Origin: Candidatus Dormiibacterota bacterium
Lineage (GTDB): Bacteria > Verrucomicrobiota > Verrucomicrobiia > Chthoniobacterales > UBA10450
Direction of reading: 5' to 3'
Length of the DNA stretch: 64,000 nucleotides
Assembly (NCBI GenBank): GCA_035472675.1
Contig: DATIOX010000232.1
Coordinates: 511 to 64,510 of the forward strand
The notes beneath the pieces were generated by a model. It had not been told where the DNA came from. It made no database searches and saw only the letters and a list, made by a program, of their open reading frames with translations. The translations under genes and the position numbers were made by a program. Positions 27,260 to 37,566 of the stretch are shown in pieces (within the stretch, counting starts at the first letter, position 1; every line of letters starts with the position of its first letter).

Positions 27260-27685
27260 ATGGCAAAAGAAAAAGTAGCTGAAATCAAACTCCAGATTCC
27301 CGCAGGCCAAGCTAACCCTGCGCCGCCGGTTGGAACGGCGCTCGGTCCGCGTGGCGTCAACATCATGGCGTTCTGCAAGGAATTTAACGCCGCCACTCAA
27401 AAACAAGCCGGCGACATTCTCCCGGTCGTCATCACCGTTTACAAAGACAAATCGTTCACATTCATCACGAAGAGTCCGCCCGCCGCGATCCTTTTGAAGA
27501 AAGCGGCCAACATCGCCGCCGGTTCCAAAGAGCCTAACAAAACCAAGGTTGGCAAGGTCACGCGCAAACAAGTCATGGACATCGTGAACACCAAGCGCAA
27601 AGACCTGAACGCGCGCAATGACGAAGCGGCTTTCCGCATGATTGCCGGCACCGCGCGTCAAATGGGCCTCGAAATCGTCGATTAG
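27260..27685 (+). CDS. rplK: 50S ribosomal protein L11
   Basis: [43 protein letters not shown]. Confidence 0.97.
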   Translation: MAKEKVAEIKLQIPAGQANPAPPVGTALGPRGVNIMAFCKEFNAATQKQAGDILPVVITVYKDKSFTFITKSPPAAILLKKAANIAAGSKEPNKTKVGKVTRKQVMDIVNTKRKDLNARNDEAAFRMIAGTARQMGLEIVD

Positions 27686-27693
27686 ATCAGCCG

Positions 27694-29361
27694 CTACTTC
27701 GGAACACTGCTTGCCTCGCCGAGAAGTTCCCACTCCTGCAGCGCGATTGGCACACTGCCGTTTTTCCAGACGAAATCATGGAAAGAGCGCAGATTGAATT
27801 TTCCGCCCTCCAGCATCCGCCCGTCGGCGAGGAATTTTATGATCTGTAACTTGCCGATCTGATAGGTAATGGCCTGACCCGGGCCGGTTGCGAAGGCGAT
27901 CGCTTCCTGACGCGCCGTCTGTTCGTCCATCGGAACTTTCTCCTGTAGATATTTGGCGGCTTGGTCGAGCGTGAATTCGCCGAGCGCGAGTTTTACATCC
28001 ACCTCCACGCGCAGAGCGCGGAGTCGCATAAAATTGTAAATGATCTCGCGCGTGTGCGGGCTGTCGTCGAACAGGCCAGCTTGTAACATCATTTCTTCTG
28101 CGTAAAAGCCGATCCCTTCGTTTGCCCCCGAGTCGTAGTAATGCCGCCGGATCGGGTCATCATGTTCCCATGAAAGGCACAGCTGAAAATAGTGGCCGGG
28201 AATTCCTTCGTGAACGATGATTGGCCGCGGGTCTTCCGCCGTTGCCTGCCAGAAGTAACCGAGCTTTCCTGAAGGCTCGGTCACGTAGCGAATGCAATTC
28301 TCATTCAACCGCGATGGCGACGTGAAGTCGTCCATCTCGCCGAAGCCTTGCAACGCACGCAAATATTCCGGCATCGCACGCAGCGTGTAATGCTGAACCC
28401 AGTTGGGGACGGTCAGGATGCTGTGGTCCTCGAGAAATTTTCTGATTTGAAGTTCTTTCGCTGCCGCATCCTTGATCCAATCATCAATGTTGTCGGCGAT
28501 CTTAAGCGGCGGCACATTCTTGTTACGGTTTTTCTCGAATGCCTCGAAAGCGACTGCGCGGTTCCATTCCTGTCTGCCCATCGCCAGAAGTTCTTCAGGC
28601 GAATAGGGCATCAGCGCGACATTCTTGAGGAAAAATACGTAGGCGTCGCGCCCGAGGGCCATTTCATTTGGCAGCGACGGCAACATTACTCGAAGTTTTT
28701 CGCGAAAACGGTCGAGCGCATTCGCCGCGCTATCAGTCGCGCTGTGCAACTCCTGCTCCTTGAGAGTTGTGGATTTCAGCAATGCCGTTGCCATTTGGCG
28801 CAGACGCGGCCGAATATTCTTCAGCCCTTCAATTGCCACTGTGGCAAATGGTGCCGGAGGCTTATCCAGGTTCATGACGCCTTGTTGCAGGATCGAAGGA
28901 ATATTTTCGATGCGTGTGAGAATTTCCCGGCTACGTGTTGCGTCATACGGCCCGGGTGCGGTCAGCGCTTCGACCACCGGCGTGAGCGTCTGCGCGATAT
29001 AAAAATTCGGATCGCGTTTCCAGCGTGGATTAATGTCCAGTTCCCAGCGAACCCGCGTCAGGGCTGAACCGATCAGGCGATAGTCAACCTGCTGCTGGAT
29101 CGGCCGAGTGTTTGCATCCAGTTTTTTCCAGCGCGCTTCGAATTCACCCAGATCTTTTCGCTGGCTATCGATGCTGGATCGCGACCAATCGCGAACTCCT
29201 CCTGGCCGTTCGATTCGGTTCACGTCATCGCCAGTAAACGGCGCATATTTGGCGCGCCACGCCCAGAAATCGTTCGCCAATTTGTCCAGCGACTCGGTTT
29301 CAGCCGAAGCATCGATTAACAACACCGCAAAAAGAAAAACTCCCGCCCAGCTTTTCTTCAT
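27694..29361 (-). CDS. DUF885 family protein (secreted, metallopeptidase-like)
   Basis: MKKSWAGVFLFAVLLIDASA signal peptide from ATG 29361 (the ORF opens at TTG 29367). Contains the HEGIPGHYFQL motif. Its stop is 8 nt from the convergent rplK stop. Confidence 0.85.
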   Translation of the reverse strand: MKKSWAGVFLFAVLLIDASAETESLDKLANDFWAWRAKYAPFTGDDVNRIERPGGVRDWSRSSIDSQRKDLGEFEARWKKLDANTRPIQQQVDYRLIGSALTRVRWELDINPRWKRDPNFYIAQTLTPVVEALTAPGPYDATRSREILTRIENIPSILQQGVMNLDKPPAPFATVAIEGLKNIRPRLRQMATALLKSTTLKEQELHSATDSAANALDRFREKLRVMLPSLPNEMALGRDAYVFFLKNVALMPYSPEELLAMGRQEWNRAVAFEAFEKNRNKNVPPLKIADNIDDWIKDAAAKELQIRKFLEDHSILTVPNWVQHYTLRAMPEYLRALQGFGEMDDFTSPSRLNENCIRYVTEPSGKLGYFWQATAEDPRPIIVHEGIPGHYFQLCLSWEHDDPIRRHYYDSGANEGIGFYAEEMMLQAGLFDDSPHTREIIYNFMRLRALRVEVDVKLALGEFTLDQAAKYLQEKVPMDEQTARQEAIAFATGPGQAITYQIGKLQIIKFLADGRMLEGGKFNLRSFHDFVWKNGSVPIALQEWELLGEASSVPK

Positions 29362-29367
29362 GGCCAA

Positions 29368-30378
29368 TTAATCAGCGCCACGCCGCAGGGTGATCACGCC
29401 AGGATTCTTGCCGGGCCGATACATCGACGCGCCGTAACAGAGCGCGGCGGATTTTTCGCGCGCATAACGAATCTTGTTCAGTTTTTCGTCCCAGTGTTCC
29501 ATGTAGGAGCAGTTTGCCGTCTTCTTGCTGCCAGCGATGGGAACATAACGATTTTCTGTAAACGTGAGGAAAGCTGCTTCGCCGGGAAGCGGAATTGGAG
29601 CAGCCCAGTTAGGTGATAGCCTCACAAGACGTGGGCCGTTTAGATCGAGCGCGAAAACGGTGTCACCATCAGTGCTGTTCAAGTGCAGATCGAAAAATGC
29701 GAGGTGCAACCGTCCATCGAATAGAAAATGTTGGTCTTTATCATGGCTGTCGTGCAGCAAACCATAGACGCCGTAAAACCCGGGCAGTTTTTCAAATTCC
29801 GTCTCTGCTCCCGTTTTTAAATCGCGGAACAGGTAATGTTTTCCATGACTCGGCCCGTCGATCTGATCGTCTTCGTCGTTTGGATCTTCGCGTAAGATCA
29901 ATTCGACAGAACCATCAGGCGATTTGTAAGTGGGTATTGGCGTGGCGGTGGGGGATACAGATTCCTCACGTGAAGCTGATGAGTTTGGAGATGCCGATTC
30001 CTCAGACTCGACATTTGTGAAATACGGCGAGCTTTTGGCAGCGACATACCAATCCGGCTCAATCTCCAATTTTTTCAATGCTTTGCCGAGTGGATCAATG
30101 CCCCAAAATTCGCGAGTGTTATTGGATCTTTCGCGTGTGAAGACAATCATGCTGCCATCAGGCGCAAAAATTGGAGCGGAATCTTGTCCAGAGTTATCAT
30201 TCGTTAATTGCCGCACCAGTTTTCCGTCCTCACGAAACAGATAGAGATGGGAGTGGCTCGTTTCCTCCGCCTGCAGATAACGAATTGCGATAACAATTTC
30301 CGAAGCGCCTCGGGCTGGTGTCCCAAGCAGCAAAGAGGTGCCCATGAGCACCAAAATTCCCAGAACGCGGCGCATCAT
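29368..30378 (-). CDS. secreted hypothetical protein with PD40-like motif
   Basis: Signal peptide MMRRVLGILVLMGTSLLLG. One clear PD40-like segment (SAPIFAPDGSMIVFTRE). Its start overlaps the upstream stop (ATGA). Confidence 0.6.
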   Translation of the reverse strand: MMRRVLGILVLMGTSLLLGTPARGASEIVIAIRYLQAEETSHSHLYLFREDGKLVRQLTNDNSGQDSAPIFAPDGSMIVFTRERSNNTREFWGIDPLGKALKKLEIEPDWYVAAKSSPYFTNVESEESASPNSSASREESVSPTATPIPTYKSPDGSVELILREDPNDEDDQIDGPSHGKHYLFRDLKTGAETEFEKLPGFYGVYGLLHDSHDKDQHFLFDGRLHLAFFDLHLNSTDGDTVFALDLNGPRLVRLSPNWAAPIPLPGEAAFLTFTENRYVPIAGSKKTANCSYMEHWDEKLNKIRYAREKSAALCYGASMYRPGKNPGVITLRRGAD

Positions 30379-32225
30379 CGCAGCGGAAGGTGAATCGTGC
30401 CGGGATGGGTCGCGTCATGATACACCTGCACGTGACAGGTGCGCGCGTTCTTAGACGTCTCTTCCGCGACGACTCCGCCCGAACAGTAATTCTTCTCCAG
30501 GTGGATGGAATTTGGCGAAGAAATGACAAGCCGCAGCCGACTACCTTTCATCAAACGGCGCGCGACAAACAACCCGGGATTGAAGTCGCAGCGAACGATT
30601 TCGCCCGGCTTGACCAATTTCCCTTCACGCAATGATTCACGATAACGCAAGCGGCGAATATCGCTCCAAAGCGCGATGCTTGTGCCATCGGGCTGGATTT
30701 CGTACAGATTGGCGGAGAGATCGACATCGGGCGTGTCGATTGATACCCATAACGTTACCGCCGGGCAGCCTATGAGCGGCGTTTCCTTAGGCACCGGCTC
30801 CGTGTGGTACACCAAACCGTCCTTGCCGATGCTCAACGCATACGTTTGATCGATGCCTGCCGTTTTTTCTTTCGGATCGATCCCATCAACTGTTTCGCCG
30901 CGCGTGGTATCCAGCGGATCGTAAATGAATGTGTCCGAACCCTCGTTGGCCCGCTTTTCAGTAAGCGAGCCGGAACGAAAGACGCCATTCGCATCCCCGT
31001 TTCTGGAATCAAGATAAAAACTTTGAGGGTTTGCGACGAGGGTTTCGAAACTATCGGCGTATTTCCATTCTCCGTTTGCGCCGCTGTTTCCCGGCGCGAG
31101 CAAATAGTAAGCGACCTGGTTTTTGAGAAATTCCGGCCTAGGCCCGCTCTTCATTGTCCAGTCATACCATTGCCGATGGAGATCGTTAAGATCGATAACG
31201 GCCGCAGGTCCGAACTTTACGCCCGCGACTTCATCCGTAGGCGTGCGCGTCCCCGCGTGGTCCCATGGGCCAATGACCAGAAAATGTTTCGCGCGCGCTT
31301 CTGGAGAGGCATTTGCCAGATGATCCCGGTAATAGGATAGGGCGCCCAATTCATCGCCATCGTATTGGGCAGTGATTGTTAAAATTGGCAGCGTAATCTT
31401 CTGGAACTGCTCGCCGGTCGGTACCATCGCGTCGTAGTACGCATCGACTACCGGGTGTTTGAGGATGCGTTGAAAATTGAGCGAGGGATTTCCGACAAAC
31501 GAATCGAGCGATTTAAACGGGAAGTGTTTCTTGTAAGCGTCCAGGAATTTTGTGCGCCAGAATTTTTGATCGGCAAAAAGATTGTCTTGCGCAGCGTGCC
31601 CGCTGGTGAGCGTGTACCATTGCATGTCGTACGTTAGACCGACGTTTTGGGTCGAAGGATAATCGAGTCCCGGATGAGCGGCTGCAGCGGGAACGATTGT
31701 CGCCAAATGTGGCGGGAATTCCTTCGCCGTCGCCCATTGATCGAATCCTGCGTAGGAACCGCCCCACATTGCAATCTTGCCATCGCAAAACGGTTGCTTG
31801 GCCAGCCACTCGACGACGTCGTAGCCATCGCGCGGGTCGTTCGCAAATGGTTCGAACTCACCGCCGGAATTTCCTCGACCGCGAACATCGACAAGCGCGA
31901 ATGCGTATCCATGCGACGCGAAGTAGGCGCCGCGCGCGTGGTACGTATCTGAGATGTAAGGCGTGAGTGTGAAGACTACCGGCGTCTTCGGTAACGATCC
32001 GTCCGGCGTTTTCGGCAGATACAATGTCGCGTTCAGTTCGACCTTGTCGCGCATGGGGATTTTCACGCCCCAGCGAAGGTCGTAGTCGGCCGGCGGTTGC
32101 GACGGCGATGGTCTTGGGCTTGGGGTTTGCGCGACGACCGTTGCGGCAAAAGGCGCGCACAGTGTCGCAGCCAGGATCGACGCCAACGAAATAATCGTGG
32201 CTAGCGAAGAAGTTCGGAATTTCAC
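30375..32225 (-). CDS. CocE/NonD family hydrolase (S15 X-Pro dipeptidyl-peptidase-like)
   Basis: TLTPYISDTYHARGAYFASHGYAFALVDVRGRGNSGGEF and MWGGSYAGFDQW (nucleophile elbow). GTG 32225 gives the signal peptide VKFRTSSLATIISLASILAA. The ORF is open to TTG 32261. Confidence 0.85.
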   Translation of the reverse strand: MKFRTSSLATIISLASILAATLCAPFAATVVAQTPSPRPSPSQPPADYDLRWGVKIPMRDKVELNATLYLPKTPDGSLPKTPVVFTLTPYISDTYHARGAYFASHGYAFALVDVRGRGNSGGEFEPFANDPRDGYDVVEWLAKQPFCDGKIAMWGGSYAGFDQWATAKEFPPHLATIVPAAAAHPGLDYPSTQNVGLTYDMQWYTLTSGHAAQDNLFADQKFWRTKFLDAYKKHFPFKSLDSFVGNPSLNFQRILKHPVVDAYYDAMVPTGEQFQKITLPILTITAQYDGDELGALSYYRDHLANASPEARAKHFLVIGPWDHAGTRTPTDEVAGVKFGPAAVIDLNDLHRQWYDWTMKSGPRPEFLKNQVAYYLLAPGNSGANGEWKYADSFETLVANPQSFYLDSRNGDANGVFRSGSLTEKRANEGSDTFIYDPLDTTRGETVDGIDPKEKTAGIDQTYALSIGKDGLVYHTEPVPKETPLIGCPAVTLWVSIDTPDVDLSANLYEIQPDGTSIALWSDIRRLRYRESLREGKLVKPGEIVRCDFNPGLFVARRLMKGSRLRLVISSPNSIHLEKNYCSGGVVAEETSKNARTCHVQVYHDATHPGTIHLPLR

Positions 32226-32361
32226 CTTGTCGGATTCAAGCGAGGAGGGGCAGGAAGGCAAGAACGTTGATTACGGATCACTTCTGGTTGGCTGGCCATC
32301 GGAGGAGGTGCAAGCAACATGCCATCGTTTGCAGGAAGGCGAGTTTGCGAGACGATAGGCC

Positions 32362-34530
32362 ATGGCCCGCGAGCTTTCGAAGAACATACAACCTCATAAA
32401 GCCAAAACTCGGGAGAAGGTTACGAGCGGCGCCCCGGCGTCAAAGTCGGATATGCCAATAAATCCCGGAACAATTTCTTTTTCCCGAGCCGAGCTATTCT
32501 GTGCCGGCATCGTCTTTTTGGTCGCACTGCTTCTTTATAGCTGGACGCTCGCGCCGACGGTTACTCTGACTGACAGCGGAGAGCTAATTGTAGTTGCTCG
32601 CGGCCTGGGAATCGCACATCCGCCGGGCGTTCCGTTGTGGATCATTCTCGCCCATCTCGCATCGCTTGTGCCTTTTGGAAACATTGCGGTGCGGATTAAC
32701 TTTTCGTCCGCGCTTTTTGCGGCGCTGGCTTGCGCGATGCTCACGCTTACGGTGGCAGAATCGACGATTACCGCGTCATATCTAGCCACATCGAAGCGAC
32801 GAAAGAAAGTCGCGCAGCAGAGTAAAACAGCTGAAGAATCGGGGCCTGCGCGCCTGTTGTTTGCCGTGCCCGCGCTAGGCGCGGGTTTGCTCATGGCGTT
32901 CTCCCGCACGCTTTGGTCGTATGCGACGATCACCGAGGTCTATGCTCTGAATACGCTGCTCATCGTCGCCATCTTCTTTCTAATGCTTCGATGGCGGCGA
33001 TGCATCGTCGCAGATAGGGCGCATCTCGGCACGGCGATAGACGCCAGAATCGCTTCGCCGGTGACGCGCCACGACACTTTGCTTTATGTCGCTGCGCTCT
33101 TGTTCGGGCTCGCGCTGGGTGTTCATCACGTTACCGTAGCGCTTACACTTCCGGCCGTTGCCGTCATCGTCTACAGGACTGAAGGCCTCAGATTCTTCAT
33201 GAGTCGCCGCCTGATGTACGCTGCACTGATTTCAATTAGCGCTCTAGTCGCTGTTTATACATATCTGCCACTTGCGGCGTCGCACTCACCCGCTATTAAT
33301 TGGGGCAATCCGCGTTCGCTGCAACAAATATGGTGGCATATCACCGGCCGGCAATACCGTGTGTTCCTCTCATTTACGCCCAACATAATCGGGGAACAGT
33401 TTGTCGAATTCTGCAGACTGGCTTTGCGTGAATTCGGCTTGGCCTGGCTTCCCGTGGCGCTCGTCCTTGCGCTCGCAGGCGCTGGCAGCGCTTTCAAACG
33501 TGACCGCACAGCTTTCTGGTTTCTCCTGTTTATCGTCATCGCCAATTTCGCGTACGACCTCAGCTATGAAATCGCCGAGGACAAAGATGCATACTATTTG
33601 CCCGTGTTTATCTCGATCGCGATTGCCGCCGCGTTTGGTATCCGGTGGTTGATCCAGCTTGCCATCTCCAAAGCCGGGCCGGTTACGAGATCATATCTGG
33701 TCGGTGCGATGGCTGTTCTGCTCACGTCCACAATAGCTTTCGCCGGCAATTGGCCATTCAATAATCGACGGCATTATTTCATTGCCCGCGATTACGTGGA
33801 GAATCTGTTTAGCGCGATCGCACCTAATGGCCTGTTGCTCACGCTCGATTGGCAGGTCGCGTCCCCGATGTTCTATGCGCAGGAGATAGAACAACGCCGA
33901 CCCGACGTAAAGGTCGTGGACATTAATCTTCTGCGGCGCTCCTGGTATTTCGATTACCTGAGCCACGCTTATCCTGGTTTGATCGAGCGATCGCGCGACA
34001 AGATTGATGCGTTTGTTGAGAACCTCAAAGAATGGGAGCGCGATCCTGAGGCGTTTAAAACGAACGCATTGCTTACTCAAAGGATTAGCACGGCATTTTT
34101 AGAGATGATTCAGGCAATCGTGAGAAATGAGAGCAGGGTCGCGCCGGCTTACATGACGAACGATTTGCTCTCGTCCGACTCAGTTAACGGCGAGCTGACC
34201 CGATGGCTTACCCAAAAATATCAACTTGTTCCGGAAGGACTCGTTTTCAATCTCGTGGACGACCAGAGTCTTCACGATTCACCAGATCTGTATCTTCAGA
34301 CTCGCGGCCTGGCCGACGGGACCGTGCGATTTGAGAAAGATGACCCCGTAAACCTCAAGGTGTTGCCCGCGTACACCCGGATGCTGGTCAATCGCGGCCG
34401 CTATCTGGCCTTATTTGGTCAGCACGAGCGTGCCGCGGCAGCTTTCAGACAAGCGCTCGCTCTCGATCCGAATCTGGCTCCGGCGCAACAGGGCTTGGCA
34501 GAAAGCACGGCGAAAGCGCGGAAACCGTAG
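32362..34530 (+). CDS. DUF2723 domain membrane protein (glycosyltransferase-like) with C-terminal TPR
   Basis: YSWTLAPTVTLTDSGELIVVARGLGIAHPPGVPLW is the typical DUF2723 N-terminus. It has many TM helices and a TPR-like tail (ALDPNLAPAQQGL). Confidence 0.8.
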   Translation: MARELSKNIQPHKAKTREKVTSGAPASKSDMPINPGTISFSRAELFCAGIVFLVALLLYSWTLAPTVTLTDSGELIVVARGLGIAHPPGVPLWIILAHLASLVPFGNIAVRINFSSALFAALACAMLTLTVAESTITASYLATSKRRKKVAQQSKTAEESGPARLLFAVPALGAGLLMAFSRTLWSYATITEVYALNTLLIVAIFFLMLRWRRCIVADRAHLGTAIDARIASPVTRHDTLLYVAALLFGLALGVHHVTVALTLPAVAVIVYRTEGLRFFMSRRLMYAALISISALVAVYTYLPLAASHSPAINWGNPRSLQQIWWHITGRQYRVFLSFTPNIIGEQFVEFCRLALREFGLAWLPVALVLALAGAGSAFKRDRTAFWFLLFIVIANFAYDLSYEIAEDKDAYYLPVFISIAIAAAFGIRWLIQLAISKAGPVTRSYLVGAMAVLLTSTIAFAGNWPFNNRRHYFIARDYVENLFSAIAPNGLLLTLDWQVASPMFYAQEIEQRRPDVKVVDINLLRRSWYFDYLSHAYPGLIERSRDKIDAFVENLKEWERDPEAFKTNALLTQRISTAFLEMIQAIVRNESRVAPAYMTNDLLSSDSVNGELTRWLTQKYQLVPEGLVFNLVDDQSLHDSPDLYLQTRGLADGTVRFEKDDPVNLKVLPAYTRMLVNRGRYLALFGQHERAAAAFRQALALDPNLAPAQQGLAESTAKARKP

Positions 34531-34642
34531 CACAGTTTTCATTTACCATTCGCTGATTCAAGCTTCGCTTGTTCATTCGGACTTCGTCATTTTCGCGGTG
34601 TACTCTTGCTTTGTTTGCGCGAACCTTTTATATGCGCGGGGG

Positions 34643-36034
34643 ATGAATGTCCTGGCTTGTGATCGATGGTTGCGCCTTATTCCGGCAATCCTGGCCTTTG
34701 CCATTGGGGCGATTCCAGTTCGGGCGGCTGACAATGTCATTGCGCTGAAAGCCGCGCGCTTGTTCGACGGAAAATCGAAATCACTCGTTCCAAATGGCGT
34801 CGTTCTCGTTCAAGGCGATAAGATTGTCGATGTTGGCAACAATCTGGCTGTTCCAGGCGATGCGCAGGTGATCGATCTGGGCGACGCGACGCTCGCGCCG
34901 GGGTTCATGGACGCACATACACATCTGACGCTAGATTACTCCGGCGATTACAATGTGCGCCGTCTGAGAGAGCTCGATCTCAACGTCTCCGAGCAGGCGA
35001 TCATTGCCACGGCGCATGCGCGGGACACTGTCGAAGCAGGTTTTACTACCGTGCGCGATCTCGGGAGCCGATTCGTGAGCAGTCGCGAATTTGTCGATGT
35101 TGCCCTGCGAAATTCAATTAACAAAGGAGTAGTCGTTGGTCCGCGCATGTTGGTGGCGACCAAGGGAATCGGCGCCACCGGCGGTCACTTCGATCCGACC
35201 AGCGGATTTCGTGATTTCCTTTTCGGACGTGAGCCGGATTACACGGATGGAATTATTGATAGTCCGGACGACGCGCGAAAAGCAGTGCGGTTTGAAGTCA
35301 AGAATGGCGCGGATGTCATTAAGGCTGCAGTCTCGGGCGGCGTTCTTTCTTTAGTAGACGAAGTGGACACCCCGCAATTGACGGCGGCTGAGATGGCGGC
35401 AGTCGTTGATGAATCTCATCGCTTGCGCAAAAAAGTGGCAGTGCATTGTCATGGCGACCAAGCTGCCCGGGAAGCGATCGAGGCCGGCGTTGATTCCATT
35501 GAACACGGCTCATTTATGAAACCGGAAACGCTGACCCGGATGAAAAACAAGGGCGTCTTCCTGACGCCAACACTGATGGCTACCGAATGGATCATGAGCA
35601 AGCTGGAGAATTATCCACCAGCATTGCAGGTCAAAGCGAAAGCCGCAGCAGCTGCGCGCTCAGACATGTTTCGCAACGCAGTAAAATTAGGCGTGAAAAT
35701 TTCTTTCGGCACCGATGCCGCCGTTTTCCCACATGGTCAGAACGCGAAAGAGTTTAAGGTGATGGTTGATCTCGGAATGACGCCAATCGACGCGCTAATA
35801 TCTGCAACTGCCAATGATGCCGAGCTTTTTGGCATCGCGCAAAAAACTGGAACCCTGGAAAAAGGGAAATTCGCTGACATCATTGCGATGCCAGGCGATC
35901 CGACTACCGATATCACCGCGACCGAGCGGGTTCTGTTTGTCATGAAAGAGGGAAAAATCATCAGGAAGGGATCGCTCACTGCCCACGCTGCCAAAGAGAT
36001 AGATCCTGGAGAGATTGTGGTTCCGGTGGATTAA
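34643..36034 (+). CDS. amidohydrolase family protein, secreted
   Basis: ATG 34643 gives a signal peptide. Metal-binding PGFMDAHTHL, HCHGD and FGTDA motifs. The ORF extension back to 34415 overlaps the previous gene. Confidence 0.85.
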   Translation: MNVLACDRWLRLIPAILAFAIGAIPVRAADNVIALKAARLFDGKSKSLVPNGVVLVQGDKIVDVGNNLAVPGDAQVIDLGDATLAPGFMDAHTHLTLDYSGDYNVRRLRELDLNVSEQAIIATAHARDTVEAGFTTVRDLGSRFVSSREFVDVALRNSINKGVVVGPRMLVATKGIGATGGHFDPTSGFRDFLFGREPDYTDGIIDSPDDARKAVRFEVKNGADVIKAAVSGGVLSLVDEVDTPQLTAAEMAAVVDESHRLRKKVAVHCHGDQAAREAIEAGVDSIEHGSFMKPETLTRMKNKGVFLTPTLMATEWIMSKLENYPPALQVKAKAAAAARSDMFRNAVKLGVKISFGTDAAVFPHGQNAKEFKVMVDLGMTPIDALISATANDAELFGIAQKTGTLEKGKFADIIAMPGDPTTDITATERVLFVMKEGKIIRKGSLTAHAAKEIDPGEIVVPVD

Positions 36035-36068
36035 TGCGCCGGCGGCGGTTAGCGGAGGGAAGTTGATT

Positions 36069-36096
36069 TTGACAAGATGAGGATCGCCGCTAAGAT
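36069..36096 (+). promoter_or_regulatory. putative sigma70-type promoter for rplA-rplJ-rplL(-rpoBC)
   Basis: TTGACA (36069-36074), a 16-nt spacer, then TAAGAT (36091-36096), about 90 nt upstream of the rplA ATG. Confidence 0.4.
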
Positions 36097-36188
36097 TCCC
36101 GTCCGCCGCAGGATTGAGCGGCTTAATATTTTGGCAGGAGCCCCGTGTTTTCTCTCAAGAGGCCGGGGCGATAGGACTGCACACCGAC

Positions 36189-36890
36189 ATGGAAAGAAAT
36201 CGAAGCAAACGTTATCGCGCAGCCGCGCAACAGGTAGATCGCGCGAAGGCTTACAGTCTGCCCGAGGCCGTCTCGACGCTGAAAAAATTTCCGCCGACTA
36301 AGTTTGACCAGACCGTGACGGTCTCATTCCGGCTTGGTGTTGATCCCAAGCAATCCGATCAGATGGTTCGCGGGACTTGTCCCCTTCCGCATGGCAGCGG
36401 CAAACAGGTTCGTGTCCTGGTTTTTGCCGAGGGCGAGTCCGCACAGGCAGCGAGGGAAGCAGGCGCGGAGTTTGTTGGGATGAAGGATTTAATTCAGAAG
36501 TGCCAGGAAGGTTTTCAGGATTTTGACGTTGCGATCGCAACGCCGGCAGCGATGGCAGAGGTGCGGAAATTGGGGAAGGTGCTTGGGCCGCGCGGACTGA
36601 TGCCGAATCCGCGGACCGGAACGGTCACAGACGACACAGCCAAAGCGGTGGGGGAAGTGAAAGCCGGTCGCGTAGAGTTTAAGCTGGATAAGAACGGCAA
36701 CGTGGCGGTGCCCGTTGGAAGATTTTCATTCGAGGAAAATGCGCTTGTGGAAAATGGAAACGCGGTGATCGAGGCAGTGGTTCGGGCTCGTCCCGCCAGC
36801 GCGAAAGGGCGGTACCTTGAAGGCGTGACAATCAGTGCGACCATGTCCCCCGGAGTTCGCGTTGACCCAGCGCCGTATTTGAGTGTGTAG
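36189..36890 (+). CDS. rplA: 50S ribosomal protein L1
   Basis: [34 protein letters not shown] aligns with L1 N-termini. 233 aa. Confidence 0.95.
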   Translation: MERNRSKRYRAAAQQVDRAKAYSLPEAVSTLKKFPPTKFDQTVTVSFRLGVDPKQSDQMVRGTCPLPHGSGKQVRVLVFAEGESAQAAREAGAEFVGMKDLIQKCQEGFQDFDVAIATPAAMAEVRKLGKVLGPRGLMPNPRTGTVTDDTAKAVGEVKAGRVEFKLDKNGNVAVPVGRFSFEENALVENGNAVIEAVVRARPASAKGRYLEGVTISATMSPGVRVDPAPYLSV

Positions 36891-36916
36891 TCTAAAAGAC
36901 ACAATATCGAAATAGA

Positions 36917-37450
36917 ATGAGACCAGAAAAAACCAGCGTTGTTTTGGATCTTACCGAGAAGCTGAAACGCTCTCCGTTCGTCCTCGTAACCGACTATCAG
37001 CGAATGAAAGTTGGCGATTTTAGCGAGTTGCGGAACCGACTGGCGCCGGCCGGTGCGGAGGTGCACGTCGTGAAGAACAATTTCCTCAAACGTGCCATCA
37101 CCGATTCCGGTTTTCCGGAATCAGGCGAGACGCTGACTGGTCAAACGGCGGTTGTTACAGGCGACAAAGATGTGGCGCCAGTGGCAAAAATTTTCAAGAC
37201 ATTCGCGGCCGAATTCAAGCTCGCCGCGCTGAAGATTGGATTTGTTGATCGGGCGATTCTTTCCGCTGCAGAATTAGAAACGCTGGCAGACCTGCCAGCG
37301 CGCGAAGTTTTGCAGGCGCAATTGCTGGGACTGCTCTTGTCTCCCGCAACGCGCCTCGTGCGATTACTGAACGAACCGGGCTCCGCATTTGCGCGGCTAT
37401 TGAACGCGAAGGCAGCAAAGGAGGGCGCGGCCGCGCAAGCGGCGGCGTAA
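36917..37450 (+). CDS. rplJ: 50S ribosomal protein L10
   Basis: 177 aa with a typical L10 N-terminal domain. It lies between rplA and rplL. Confidence 0.95.
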   Translation: MRPEKTSVVLDLTEKLKRSPFVLVTDYQRMKVGDFSELRNRLAPAGAEVHVVKNNFLKRAITDSGFPESGETLTGQTAVVTGDKDVAPVAKIFKTFAAEFKLAALKIGFVDRAILSAAELETLADLPAREVLQAQLLGLLLSPATRLVRLLNEPGSAFARLLNAKAAKEGAAAQAAA

Positions 37451-37566
37451 AATAGTTTTCCGCTCGCGATGGCGGGTCGGGAAGTGAAACGAAAACTGTC
37501 CGGGCCAGTGGCTATTGGCCTTAATTTTCCGAAAGCTTTCGGAAGCGGCAATTGGAGGAAATAAAA

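Noticed and set aside
36050-36110. An L1-binding rRNA mimic (ggagggaa...taagattccc) upstream of rplA.
   Set aside because: The same bases fit a TTGACA-16-TAAGAT promoter better. I cannot verify similarity to the 23S L1-stalk site from memory, so it is left as a hypothesis in the findings.
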